Assembly: GCA_965230925.1 (NCBI GenBank)
Contig: OZ246403.1
Coordinates: 530,230-594,229, forward strand
Origin: an uncultured Candidatus Saccharibacteria bacterium
Lineage (GTDB): Bacteria; Patescibacteriota; Minisyncoccia; Phycocordibacterales; JACOZG01
DNA length: 64,000 nt
Reading direction: 5' to 3'
The position numbers and the translations under genes are program-made. The notes under the pieces are model-generated. The model saw only the letters and a program-made list of their open reading frames with translations, had not been told where the DNA came from and ran no database searches. Shown here one piece after another: positions 17,733-26,467 of the stretch (its first letter is position 1; each line of letters starts with the position of its first letter).

Positions 17733-19646
17733 ATGAAAAAATTTACCCTTTTATCTTTATTTTTAGCCTTAATTTTTATTAGTCCAATTGCGGCCCGAGC
17801 TCAAGATACGAGCAAGCTTGATTACTCTAGCCTGCTTAAAATCTTGGAACAGCTTCGAAGTCAGAAGGCTGTTCCTTCCGTGACCGTTACGCCGGTTGAC
17901 GGTGTTTTTAAACCCGTTGATGTGCCTGTCGCCTTCAAGATTGGTGAGAGTGGCCCTGAGGTGAGAGCGATCCAAGAAAAACTTCGTGCCTCCGGCGACT
18001 TCACTTATCCAGAAATTACTGGTTATTACGGCAAAGTCACCGATGATGCGGTGAAGAAGTATGAGGCGCGAACCAAAGAGAAAATTCTTAAGCCGCAACC
18101 AATTGCAAGACCGTTCCCAATGTGGCCAGTTTCTGGAGCGGGTCTCGGTAATTTCTCGGTGAAGGAAATAAACGCCGCGATTGCTGAAGCTTATAGTGGA
18201 AATGATAAAACCGGAGTTTGGAAGGAAATTCCTGGTAGTAAAGAGTACAGCCAATTTCAGTCCGGCCCAATTAATTGCAATGGCGCCAATACTTGCATTG
18301 ATGGTCTTTACAACTTTGCCCAGATTTCTCGGGTGGCAGTAAATTCTTCTGGTAATGTGGCGGTGGTGGCGGTAAATACTGGATATGTGTATCCGGAGGG
18401 GCAACTTATTAAGAAGGGAGATACTCAGGTGCCAGCAGTTTTTCCTACTTTCGCTTATGGTGGACCTCGTCCGACGCTGTACCCAATAGAAAAGAAGGTT
18501 GATGGTCGCGTGGTACTCGGTATGCCGTATCGATTGTATGAATATCCTACCGAGACGGAGTTTTCTCGCTCCAATGTTAGCGACCTCAACTTCAAAGGGG
18601 AAAACCTTTTGTTTGTTCTGGTAACAGGGCAGAAGAATTATCATGACACTCGTGGTTTGGTAGACGCGAGTGACACCTATCCCTTCACGGTTCAGCTCGA
18701 TCGCGCTACCGATATGTATCAATTGGTGCCTGGTCAGAAAACAGAATACCCAACACCAATAACAAGTGGTATCCAAGTGATCTCACCCAATGGTGGCGAG
18801 GGGCTTGCCTTGGGAACAACTTATCGAGTGGCTTGGAATACAAAATATAATTTTCCCGCAGACATTTTCCTTGTTGACCAAACGGCTCTTGCGCCAATTC
18901 AAATTGGTGATGAATACACTGGTTATTTTGACTGGGTAGTTGGAAAAAGAAACAGAAATTCTGATCGAGAAATAAAGCCAGGAAGTTATTTTATTAAAGT
19001 TTGTGTATTAGCTGATCCTTCAGACGAGAAAAGCGTAGTTTGTGACCAAAGTGATTCTTACTTCAAAATTTATTCTGACACTCAGACAGGTGAACCAAAG
19101 CCCGGGGTTTTTGGAATCATGAGCAGTGTCCCGAGTTCGGGCGCGGTTGATGCGCGGATGCCATCGAATCCTGATGGTTCAACGGTCAGTGGTTGGCAAA
19201 CATTTGAATTGATCTTCAATGAAGGCAATGCGGCGAAGATGAGATCACTTAAGCCGAGCGACTTTCTGGTGAAAAACACCGGCGCCGGGTCGCTTAAAGT
19301 CTCTTCTGTTGAAGTGCTTGGTGAGAACAATATCCGGGTAAAGCTAGATAAACCAATTCCGGTTGGTCAGTGGACGCTCATTGTTCATGAAGATTCTGGT
19401 ACCTACGCCAATTTTGGCTTCTTGCCGGCCGACAGTAATGGCGACGGTGTAGTTAATTCCACTGACCTTTTGCTTCTCATTGATGTAAACAATCAGGCCA
19501 AGAAAGCGGAAGTGTGGCAGGTAGATATTGATCGCAGTGGGGTGGTAAATATTCTCGATCAACTAATGTGGATTAACCTGATCAATGGTGCCGACGCCTT
19601 CGACATTTGGCTCAATAAATCATTGCCGCCACTTTACGGAAACTAA
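17733..19646 (+). CDS. Secreted protein: peptidoglycan-binding domain, SPNGGE (Kre9/Ig-like) domain, C-terminal dockerin-like module
   Basis: MKKF signal peptide at 17733; GESGPEVRAIQEKL..TGYYG..T..AVKKYE PG_binding_1 motif; VISPNGGE..CDQSDSYF; ADSNGDGVVNSTD and DIDRSGVVNILD. Confidence 0.78.
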   Translation: MKKFTLLSLFLALIFISPIAARAQDTSKLDYSSLLKILEQLRSQKAVPSVTVTPVDGVFKPVDVPVAFKIGESGPEVRAIQEKLRASGDFTYPEITGYYGKVTDDAVKKYEARTKEKILKPQPIARPFPMWPVSGAGLGNFSVKEINAAIAEAYSGNDKTGVWKEIPGSKEYSQFQSGPINCNGANTCIDGLYNFAQISRVAVNSSGNVAVVAVNTGYVYPEGQLIKKGDTQVPAVFPTFAYGGPRPTLYPIEKKVDGRVVLGMPYRLYEYPTETEFSRSNVSDLNFKGENLLFVLVTGQKNYHDTRGLVDASDTYPFTVQLDRATDMYQLVPGQKTEYPTPITSGIQVISPNGGEGLALGTTYRVAWNTKYNFPADIFLVDQTALAPIQIGDEYTGYFDWVVGKRNRNSDREIKPGSYFIKVCVLADPSDEKSVVCDQSDSYFKIYSDTQTGEPKPGVFGIMSSVPSSGAVDARMPSNPDGSTVSGWQTFELIFNEGNAAKMRSLKPSDFLVKNTGAGSLKVSSVEVLGENNIRVKLDKPIPVGQWTLIVHEDSGTYANFGFLPADSNGDGVVNSTDLLLLIDVNNQAKKAEVWQVDIDRSGVVNILDQLMWINLINGADAFDIWLNKSLPPLYGN

Positions 19647-19649
19647 ACT

Positions 19650-20171
19650 TTGAATGTGAGTGTAAGAGAACATGATGCTCTACGTCACCAGCTTTTAGAA
19701 GCTCATGACGCCTGGTCGAAAGCGATTTTTCGCCATCTTTCCTTCCGAGTAAGAGATCGTGAGCGGGTTCTTGAGCTGACGCAAGAGGTCTTTCTTCGTG
19801 CTTGGCAAATGCTCTCTCGAGGAGAAAAGGTGGAGAATATGCGAGCCCTTCTCTATCGTATTGCCCGCAATCTGACCATTGATGAGTACCGCAAGCCGAA
19901 GACGGAATCGCTTGATGCCCTAACTGAAGCGACTGATTTTGAGCCGGTAGATCCGCGGGAGGAAAACTTGGTTGATCAGCTTGATGGGGCGCGGATGCGC
20001 GAACTGGTGCTCAAGCTTGAACCGCTTTACCGGGAGCCTTTGGTCTATCGTTATATTGATGATCTGGCGGTGAAGGAGATCGCGAGTCTCCTCGGAGAGA
20101 CAGAAAACGTGATCTCTGTTCGGCTTCATCGCGGTTTAGCCAAGCTCCGCGAGCTTATTTTAAAATCATGA
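19650..20171 (+). CDS. ECF-family RNA polymerase sigma factor
   Basis: Region 2 LTQEVFLRAW..LYRIARNLTIDEYRK; region 4 KEIASLLG..VISVRLHRG; TTG start uncertain. Confidence 0.92.
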   Translation: MNVSVREHDALRHQLLEAHDAWSKAIFRHLSFRVRDRERVLELTQEVFLRAWQMLSRGEKVENMRALLYRIARNLTIDEYRKPKTESLDALTEATDFEPVDPREENLVDQLDGARMRELVLKLEPLYREPLVYRYIDDLAVKEIASLLGETENVISVRLHRGLAKLRELILKS

Positions 20172-20173
20172 AT

Positions 20174-20238
20174 CCCGTTACAAATTCAGCCAACCTAACT
20201 ATGAGTAAGATTATTAAGTGTGTTAAATTTGTAACGGG
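20174..20238. mobile_element. 65-bp MITE-like insertion with 13-bp terminal inverted repeats and 6-bp flanking direct repeat
   Basis: CCCGTTACAAATT...AATTTGTAACGGG flanked by ATGAAT at 20168-20173 and 20239-20244. Confidence 0.7.
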
Positions 20239-20718
20239 ATGAATCACTTAGAACGCGCCCTGGGGCGAGCAAAAAACGAAATGAATTTGACCGAGGCCGA
20301 GGAGGCGAGTCTTAAGCAGGCTTTGGAGTGGAAAATGGGTGAGGAGAAACTGGTAAGAATCCCCGAAGACTATCGTCATCATGCTTGGTGGCGGGGTTTA
20401 GCCCTAGTTTTGCCACTCATTGTCATTTTTATCGCGGCGCGTCAAGTAACGGCACCAAGGCCGGACGTGTTGCCGCAAGTGTCGGATAGTGCTACCGAAA
20501 TGGTTGTACCCATGACGGTTCCCGTTGCTCCAGTTGCACCTCCTCCGGCACCGGTAATGCTGAAGCGAATGCCGGTGGTGGAACCGCCGGTGGCGCCAGT
20601 AGAGCCTCAGTTTCCTACGATGACGCCGTCAGCGGGTGGACTGATGTCTGTTCCAGAAGATGAGACAGAGTTGCTACGAGCCACCACGTCCACAAGTACG
20701 ATTGAGATTGAAGAATAA
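20239..20718 (+). CDS. Single-pass membrane protein, putative anti-sigma factor
   Basis: Directly downstream of ECF sigma; short cytoplasmic helical N-terminus, one TM (WWRGLALVLPLIVIFIAA), Pro-rich exterior tail. Confidence 0.6.
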   Translation: MNHLERALGRAKNEMNLTEAEEASLKQALEWKMGEEKLVRIPEDYRHHAWWRGLALVLPLIVIFIAARQVTAPRPDVLPQVSDSATEMVVPMTVPVAPVAPPPAPVMLKRMPVVEPPVAPVEPQFPTMTPSAGGLMSVPEDETELLRATTSTSTIEIEE

Positions 20719-20728
20719 TAAATTTATA

Positions 20729-23059
20729 ATGAATAATATGAAAAAAATAAACATCCTCTTGCTTGGTCTTGCTTTGGTGGGGGGCTTGGTAATGCCCACC
20801 ACGACGCGAGCCCAAATTACTAGTCCTTGGGAAGAAACGGCTTATTTGCCGCCGTGGTCTCCTGTTCAAACCGAAGTGCGGTTTAAGATTGGTGAGAGTG
20901 GTCCCGAGGTGCGAGCGATCCAAGAGAAGCTTCGTGCTTCTGGCGATTTTACCTATCCTGAAATCACTGGCTATTACGGTCAACTGACTGATGCCGCGGT
21001 GAAGAAGTATGAATTGAGAACTGGGCAGAAAATTATTAAACCAATGCCGAGACCGCTTCCAATGCCACCAGTTAGCAGTGATGATATCACGGTGCTTTCA
21101 CCAAATGGCGGGGAAAAATTAAATATAGGAGACAAGTTTAATATTAGTTGGTCAATTAAAGATGGTAAGATAGATTTTCCGTCGATAAGTATTCATTTGC
21201 GAGAGCACCTTACCTGTACACCAGAAAACCATCCCAACGACCCATTCTTTTGCTCTTTGTGGGATCCCGCCCCACCGAAGTCCTATGCAGTAATAGTTGG
21301 TGCTCCTAATTCGCTAAAGAACGGTGGAAGCTATGCTTGGTTAGTTGGTAGAGCGCAAAGAATTGATGACGATATTGTTTCTTACTTAAACATCCCTTCT
21401 GGAAAATATTTCCTAGAAATATGTTATTCGCAGATAATTCCAATTGCTGGAGGATTAACAAACAACACTTCCCGAGCTCAGGTTTGTGATAAGAGTGATT
21501 CCTATTTCACTATTTCTTCTAACGACATCATTCCTTATCCTCGACCATTCGGCAATCAACCACCGGTAATTCACGGTGTCTCTGGTCCGACGGTGTTACG
21601 AGTGGGCGAGGCGGGTGAGTGGTCAGTGAAGGCGAGTGATCCAGAGAACGGTAGCTTGAAGTATGCTATTGATTGGGGTGATCGAAGGGCTTCAGCTGGT
21701 GCGGAGGGCTTGCCTTCAGTGTTTGGTCTTACGTTTGATACGACTCAGAAAAGCACCTTTACTCACAGCTATGGTTCCGCCGGTACTTATACGATTACTT
21801 TTGCGGTAAGTGACGATTGGGGTAATAGCGCCAAGTCCAGCATGACGGTGCGAGTAGGTAATAGTGTTGTTGGTAATAATAAAGTCCAAGTAATTTCACC
21901 TAACGGTGGTGAATCGTTGCTTGCTTACTCCAACGCCACTATTACTTGGCAGTCTCCTAGTGCTAAGGTTGATTTATATTTGCAGCCAGATTGGTCTTGT
22001 CCTGCTGGTTATGCTTGTCCGGCCGTAATGCCACAGCCTTACCTTCTCGATAAGAATATTTCTGGAAATGTGTATTACTGGATTGTGGCGACTGATGTAA
22101 ACAATAAAAGAATTCCGAGCGGAAGTTATAAAATAGAAATTTGTCCGGCTGGGTCTGACTCGGGTTGTGATTCTAGTGACAATTCTTTCAGAATTTATTC
22201 TAATAGCAACTTGCCGGCAGAGGCTGAAGGTGAGCTGAGTGTGGACGTTGTAACTTCAAAGAGCGAGAAAACTCTTACCAGTGCGCGACTCTCGGTGCAC
22301 ACAAGTAGCGGGCGCTTTGTGGCCACGGGCAATACAAGCGATGGCCCGGAAATCTTTAGCGACTTAGCTTATGGTTCTTATGTGGTCTACGCTCAGGCCT
22401 CTGGTTATGCGCCAGCGAGAAAGGCTTTCACCCTCTCGGCCAAAAAGCCTTCAGCCACGGTGGTGATTAAACTTAAGACGGCGAAAACGGTAGATATGCC
22501 CAAGGTGGTAACTTCAGGTATTGTCTCGAGTAATCCGCCAAATGGTGCTATCGATGCGCGGATGCCCTCGAATGTGAACGGCTCCGGCTTCTGGCAAGGT
22601 TGGAATCAATTTGTACTTAAAATTGCTGGAGTAAATACGGCCAGCCTCACTCCAACTGACTTTGCCATGAAGACAACCGGCGGAGTGTCGACGAAGATCA
22701 ATGACGTTTCTGTTGCAACCGGCGATTCAACTCTTGGTGTGATTCTTACTACCCAGTATGGCGTGCCAATTCCGGAAGGCGAGCGGACGGTTATCAGACA
22801 TGAGGCGAGTGGTACTGAGATTTGTCTCGGGTATCTCCCCGGCGACGTGGACGGTAGCGCCAAGGTGGACGGTGCCGACTTGCTTGCCCTCATTGATGCG
22901 ATCAACGGCGTGAAGACCTTGCCAGATTATTCTACCGATCTCAACCGCGACGGTGTGACGAACAATGAAGATCAGCTTACTTGGATTGATCTCACTAACG
23001 GCGCCGACGCCTACAGCGCTTGGTTTGGCGAGACCTTGCCCAAGTGTCCGAAGATCTAA
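20729..23059 (+). CDS. Secreted multidomain protein: PG-binding, two SPNGGE domains, PKD, carboxypeptidase-regulatory-like, dockerin-like C-terminus
   Basis: Signal peptide; PG-binding motif; IDWGD..THSY..AGTYTITFAVSD PKD; LPGDVDGSAKVDGAD / DLNRDGVTNNED; start may be 20738. Confidence 0.78.
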   Translation: MNNMKKINILLLGLALVGGLVMPTTTRAQITSPWEETAYLPPWSPVQTEVRFKIGESGPEVRAIQEKLRASGDFTYPEITGYYGQLTDAAVKKYELRTGQKIIKPMPRPLPMPPVSSDDITVLSPNGGEKLNIGDKFNISWSIKDGKIDFPSISIHLREHLTCTPENHPNDPFFCSLWDPAPPKSYAVIVGAPNSLKNGGSYAWLVGRAQRIDDDIVSYLNIPSGKYFLEICYSQIIPIAGGLTNNTSRAQVCDKSDSYFTISSNDIIPYPRPFGNQPPVIHGVSGPTVLRVGEAGEWSVKASDPENGSLKYAIDWGDRRASAGAEGLPSVFGLTFDTTQKSTFTHSYGSAGTYTITFAVSDDWGNSAKSSMTVRVGNSVVGNNKVQVISPNGGESLLAYSNATITWQSPSAKVDLYLQPDWSCPAGYACPAVMPQPYLLDKNISGNVYYWIVATDVNNKRIPSGSYKIEICPAGSDSGCDSSDNSFRIYSNSNLPAEAEGELSVDVVTSKSEKTLTSARLSVHTSSGRFVATGNTSDGPEIFSDLAYGSYVVYAQASGYAPARKAFTLSAKKPSATVVIKLKTAKTVDMPKVVTSGIVSSNPPNGAIDARMPSNVNGSGFWQGWNQFVLKIAGVNTASLTPTDFAMKTTGGVSTKINDVSVATGDSTLGVILTTQYGVPIPEGERTVIRHEASGTEICLGYLPGDVDGSAKVDGADLLALIDAINGVKTLPDYSTDLNRDGVTNNEDQLTWIDLTNGADAYSAWFGETLPKCPKI

Positions 23060-23080
23060 ACTAAATAAAACGCTTGATCC

Positions 23081-23113
23081 CAAAGCCGCACCTTGGTGCG
23101 GCTTTGTTGTTTT
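23081..23113 (+). terminator. Rho-independent terminator
   Basis: CAAAGCCGCACC-TT-GGTGCGGCTTTG followed by T-rich tail. Confidence 0.8.
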
Positions 23114-23159
23114 TAATCAACACGGTACAATTAGTAATTATTAGCAATAATACCTAACC

Positions 23160-24329
23160 GTGAATTTTAAATTAGACGAAGGAAAATTATTCACTCTCTT
23201 ACTTGTAATTATTATTCTTTCCGGCCTCTCTTTGTTTTTTCAGGTTGTTAATTTACAAATACAAGGTTCTAATTCACCGGCCTTAGTTAAAAACGGTTCT
23301 CAATTTGAGGTGCAAGAGAGGCCGTCATTTGAACCGTCTTTACCAGCCCGTCAGAGATATGTGATTACTGACGTGGGTTCCCTCACGGAACCGAGTTTTG
23401 TTGAGTCGGTTTCCGTTAACTCTTCTGGTTGGGTGGTGGGTAACGCTAATGGTGGTGATGGGTACCCTAGACCAATTTTGTCTCGTGATGGTCACATTCA
23501 AGCTTTGGGTTTTCCTTCACCAGGCATTTTGCGTGGTTGGGCTCGGGATATAAACGATGGTGGGTCAGCGGTGGGTAGTGTGGAAGACGGTGTTATCGAG
23601 AAGCCTGTTTGGTGGAACAGCAGTTTCTTGCCGCAAATGTTACCTACGGGTACAGCCGCTCGTGGGCAAGCAGATGGGATTAATAATTTGGGTGAGATTG
23701 TGGGCAATATTGTCCAGATTGGACCAAAGGCGGTTAAGTGGAGCGGTGGCCAGATGACTCTTTTGGAAAGTTTGGGTGGTAGTAAATCTTATGCCCATGA
23801 CATAAATGACGGCGGAAAAATTGTTGGATCCTCAACCCTGACAAACAATGAAACATACTTTTTTGCTTGCCTTTGGGATAAGGGGCAAGTTGTGGAGCTC
23901 GGTGCCTTACCCGATGGTCTGGGAAGTTCTGCAGAGGCTATAAATGAGAACGGTGAAGCCGTTGGTTTTTCCTTTACCCCGCACCACAATTTTCCTGGTG
24001 GTGGGCAGGTGAAGAGGGCTGTTGCTTGGCGTGATGGGGAGATTGTTGATTTGGGTAGCTTGCCTGGAAATGTAGATTTTTCCTACGCTCTTGGGATTAA
24101 TGACCGTGGTTGGATTGTGGGTTCTAGCGGCGGCGGTTTTGGTCAAGAGTCAGTGGCAACATTGTGGCGCGACGGTGTAATTATTGATTTGAACACTTAC
24201 TTACCAGAAAATTCTGGTTGGTATCTGCTTGAGGCGCATGACATTAATGAGAGAGGTGAAATTACCGGCATTGGTTACTTAGAAGGCTTTAGTAATCAAA
24301 GTCGGGGGTTTGTTATGAAGCCGGTATAG
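23160..24329 (+). CDS. Membrane-anchored HAF-family extracellular repeat (beta-propeller) protein
   Basis: N-terminal TM; repeated A.(D/G)IN(D/E).G.(I/V)VG..A..W..G....LG.L; terminal DLNTYLP..SGW.L.EAHDIN. Confidence 0.85.
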   Translation: MNFKLDEGKLFTLLLVIIILSGLSLFFQVVNLQIQGSNSPALVKNGSQFEVQERPSFEPSLPARQRYVITDVGSLTEPSFVESVSVNSSGWVVGNANGGDGYPRPILSRDGHIQALGFPSPGILRGWARDINDGGSAVGSVEDGVIEKPVWWNSSFLPQMLPTGTAARGQADGINNLGEIVGNIVQIGPKAVKWSGGQMTLLESLGGSKSYAHDINDGGKIVGSSTLTNNETYFFACLWDKGQVVELGALPDGLGSSAEAINENGEAVGFSFTPHHNFPGGGQVKRAVAWRDGEIVDLGSLPGNVDFSYALGINDRGWIVGSSGGGFGQESVATLWRDGVIIDLNTYLPENSGWYLLEAHDINERGEITGIGYLEGFSNQSRGFVMKPV

Positions 24330-24334
24330 TTTGT

Positions 24335-26452
24335 TTATTCAAAATGTAATTCGCTTGGCTTCTTGAGCTGAGTGAGAAGGGAAGGATGATGGTTTAGATT
24401 AGGATCAGCGGTGAGAAGCCGTCCGGCCTCAAGTCGGGCGGCTTCGACCATTTTGAGATTTTGCAAAGCTTCCATGCCGAGATCGGAGATGCCCCATTGT
24501 TTACCCGTACCAGAGAGCGAGCCGGCACCGCGGAGTTTGAGATCAAGCTCGGCGAGTTCAAAACCATTTTTCGCTTTTTGCAGAGCTTCCAGGCGCGGGA
24601 GAATCGTTTTGGTCTCTTTGGTGGTAAACAAATAGCAGTAAGATTGCGCTGTACTGCGCATCACGCGGCCGCGGAGTTGGTGTAGTTGAGCGAGTCCGAA
24701 GCGCTCGGCGCCTTCAATCACGATCACTGTGGCGTTTGGAATATTAACCCCAACCTCAACCACTGAAGTGGAGACGAGAATTTGAATCTTATTTTCTTTG
24801 AAGTCGCTAATCACTTGCTCTTTATCGGCCGGCTTCAACTTGCTGTGGAGGAGTCCGACGGTGTAATGCGGGAATTTCTCGGCAATAATTTTTGCCTCTT
24901 GTTTCGCTGATTTGGTCTCGAGCGCGAGTTCTTTGGAGGGATCAGGCTCGTCGATGCGCGGGCAAATGATATAGGCTTGATGACCAGCTTCTAGTTCTTG
25001 ATGAATTTTCTGATAAGCTTCCGTTCGCCGATTTTCTGGAATCACTTCCGTAATTACTGGCCGCCGACCCGGCGGCATTTCATCGAGAAGGGTGAGATCA
25101 AGATCGCCATAAATCGTTAATGCGAGCGTGCGGGGAATCGGCGTCGCCGTCATACTCAAGAGATGGGGCGCGCGCGCATTTTTCTTCACCAAATTGGCGC
25201 GCTGATTGATGCCGAAGCGATGTTGTTCATCAATAATCACATACGCCAAGTTTTTAAATTTCACCGATTTCTGAATGAGCGCTTGGGTGCCAAGGAGAAT
25301 GGCGATTTCACCACCGGCGACCCACTTGAGCATCTGCGCGCGCGAGATATGGGTGTCTTGTCTGCCACCGCTAATGCCAATCTTCGACGGGAATTTACGA
25401 CACTCGGTGCCGGTGATGAGACCAATGTTGATCGGCAAGTGGGCGAAGTAATCAATAAATGATTCATAATGTTGGCGAGCGAGAATTTCCGTCGGTGCCA
25501 TATAGGCTACCTGCAGGCTGGTCTTCACCACTGCGTAGGCTGTGGCCGCGGCTACCAAGGTTTTTCCCGAACCAACGTCACCCTCGAGGAGGCGCGTCAT
25601 AGGTTTATCGGCCGCGAAGTCGAGGGTAATTTGCTCAATTGCGCGGTTCTGCGCTGCGGTTGCTGCGAAGGGGAAGCGCTTGAGAAATTTTTCTAATTCA
25701 TCTTTGTCGCTCTTAATCACGAAGCCGCCGCCGGCTTGATATTCTTTCCGCGTGCGCTGACGTTCGAGTTGGATGAGAAAAACTTCTTCGAAGGCAAAGC
25801 GTTTGCGCGCGGCCACGGCATCCGCTTCTTTCTGCGGTTGATGAATAAAGACCAGTGCGCTCTCGAGATTAGGCAGATGATAGCGAGCAATAATTTCTGC
25901 TGGCAGAGTTTCGGTCACTTTCTTCGCCAGCCTATTCTCCAAAAGTTTTTTAATATGATGCTCAAACCAGAGCGAAGACAGACTTTTTGTCTCCGGATAA
26001 ACGGGGGCAAAGTTTCCTGTTTCCGGCTCGCGCATAATTTCTAAATCGCTGATACCAGAAATCGCCGGGTTCGCAATATATTTTTCTCCTTTGCGCTCAG
26101 TCACTTTGCCCGAGACGCGCACCAGCGCTCCTTCCGGCGCCTTCTTGGCCATATAGGCTTGATGAAACCAAAGCAATTTTATTTTCCCTGTTTGGTCTTC
26201 GAGCCAGAGCTCGGCCATCGGCATTTTCTTATAAAACGCTTTGGCTGTTTTCGCTTTTATAATCTGACCATGGAGAGTGACCGTATCACCCACGGCGAGT
26301 TCCGCAATTGTCTTCGTCGGCGCCGGTGTTTCGTAGCGACTGGGAAAATAAAATAATAAAGCTCGTAAAGTCTTGAGTTTGAGTTTAACTAAAGCACGGA
26401 CTTGGTTTGGATTGAGCCGAAAATGTGTTTCAATGAAGTCATTAGGCGCCAT
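24335..26452 (-). CDS. recG: ATP-dependent DNA helicase RecG
   Basis: RLLEGDVGSGKT, DEQHRFG, MTATPIPRTL, AERFGLAQLHQLRGRV, DLKLRG; start set at MAPNDF. Confidence 0.97.
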   Translation of the reverse strand: MAPNDFIETHFRLNPNQVRALVKLKLKTLRALLFYFPSRYETPAPTKTIAELAVGDTVTLHGQIIKAKTAKAFYKKMPMAELWLEDQTGKIKLLWFHQAYMAKKAPEGALVRVSGKVTERKGEKYIANPAISGISDLEIMREPETGNFAPVYPETKSLSSLWFEHHIKKLLENRLAKKVTETLPAEIIARYHLPNLESALVFIHQPQKEADAVAARKRFAFEEVFLIQLERQRTRKEYQAGGGFVIKSDKDELEKFLKRFPFAATAAQNRAIEQITLDFAADKPMTRLLEGDVGSGKTLVAAATAYAVVKTSLQVAYMAPTEILARQHYESFIDYFAHLPINIGLITGTECRKFPSKIGISGGRQDTHISRAQMLKWVAGGEIAILLGTQALIQKSVKFKNLAYVIIDEQHRFGINQRANLVKKNARAPHLLSMTATPIPRTLALTIYGDLDLTLLDEMPPGRRPVITEVIPENRRTEAYQKIHQELEAGHQAYIICPRIDEPDPSKELALETKSAKQEAKIIAEKFPHYTVGLLHSKLKPADKEQVISDFKENKIQILVSTSVVEVGVNIPNATVIVIEGAERFGLAQLHQLRGRVMRSTAQSYCYLFTTKETKTILPRLEALQKAKNGFELAELDLKLRGAGSLSGTGKQWGISDLGMEALQNLKMVEAARLEAGRLLTADPNLNHHPSLLTQLKKPSELHFE

Positions 26453-26467
26453 GCGGCCCATTCTAAC

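Noticed and set aside
16861-23059. Cellulosome
   Set aside because: Dockerin-like loops are present, but no cohesin/scaffoldin or glycoside hydrolase domains were recognised
25355-25385. Palindromic insertion in recG (KIGISGGRQD)
   Set aside because: No convincing inverted repeat; probably a variable loop
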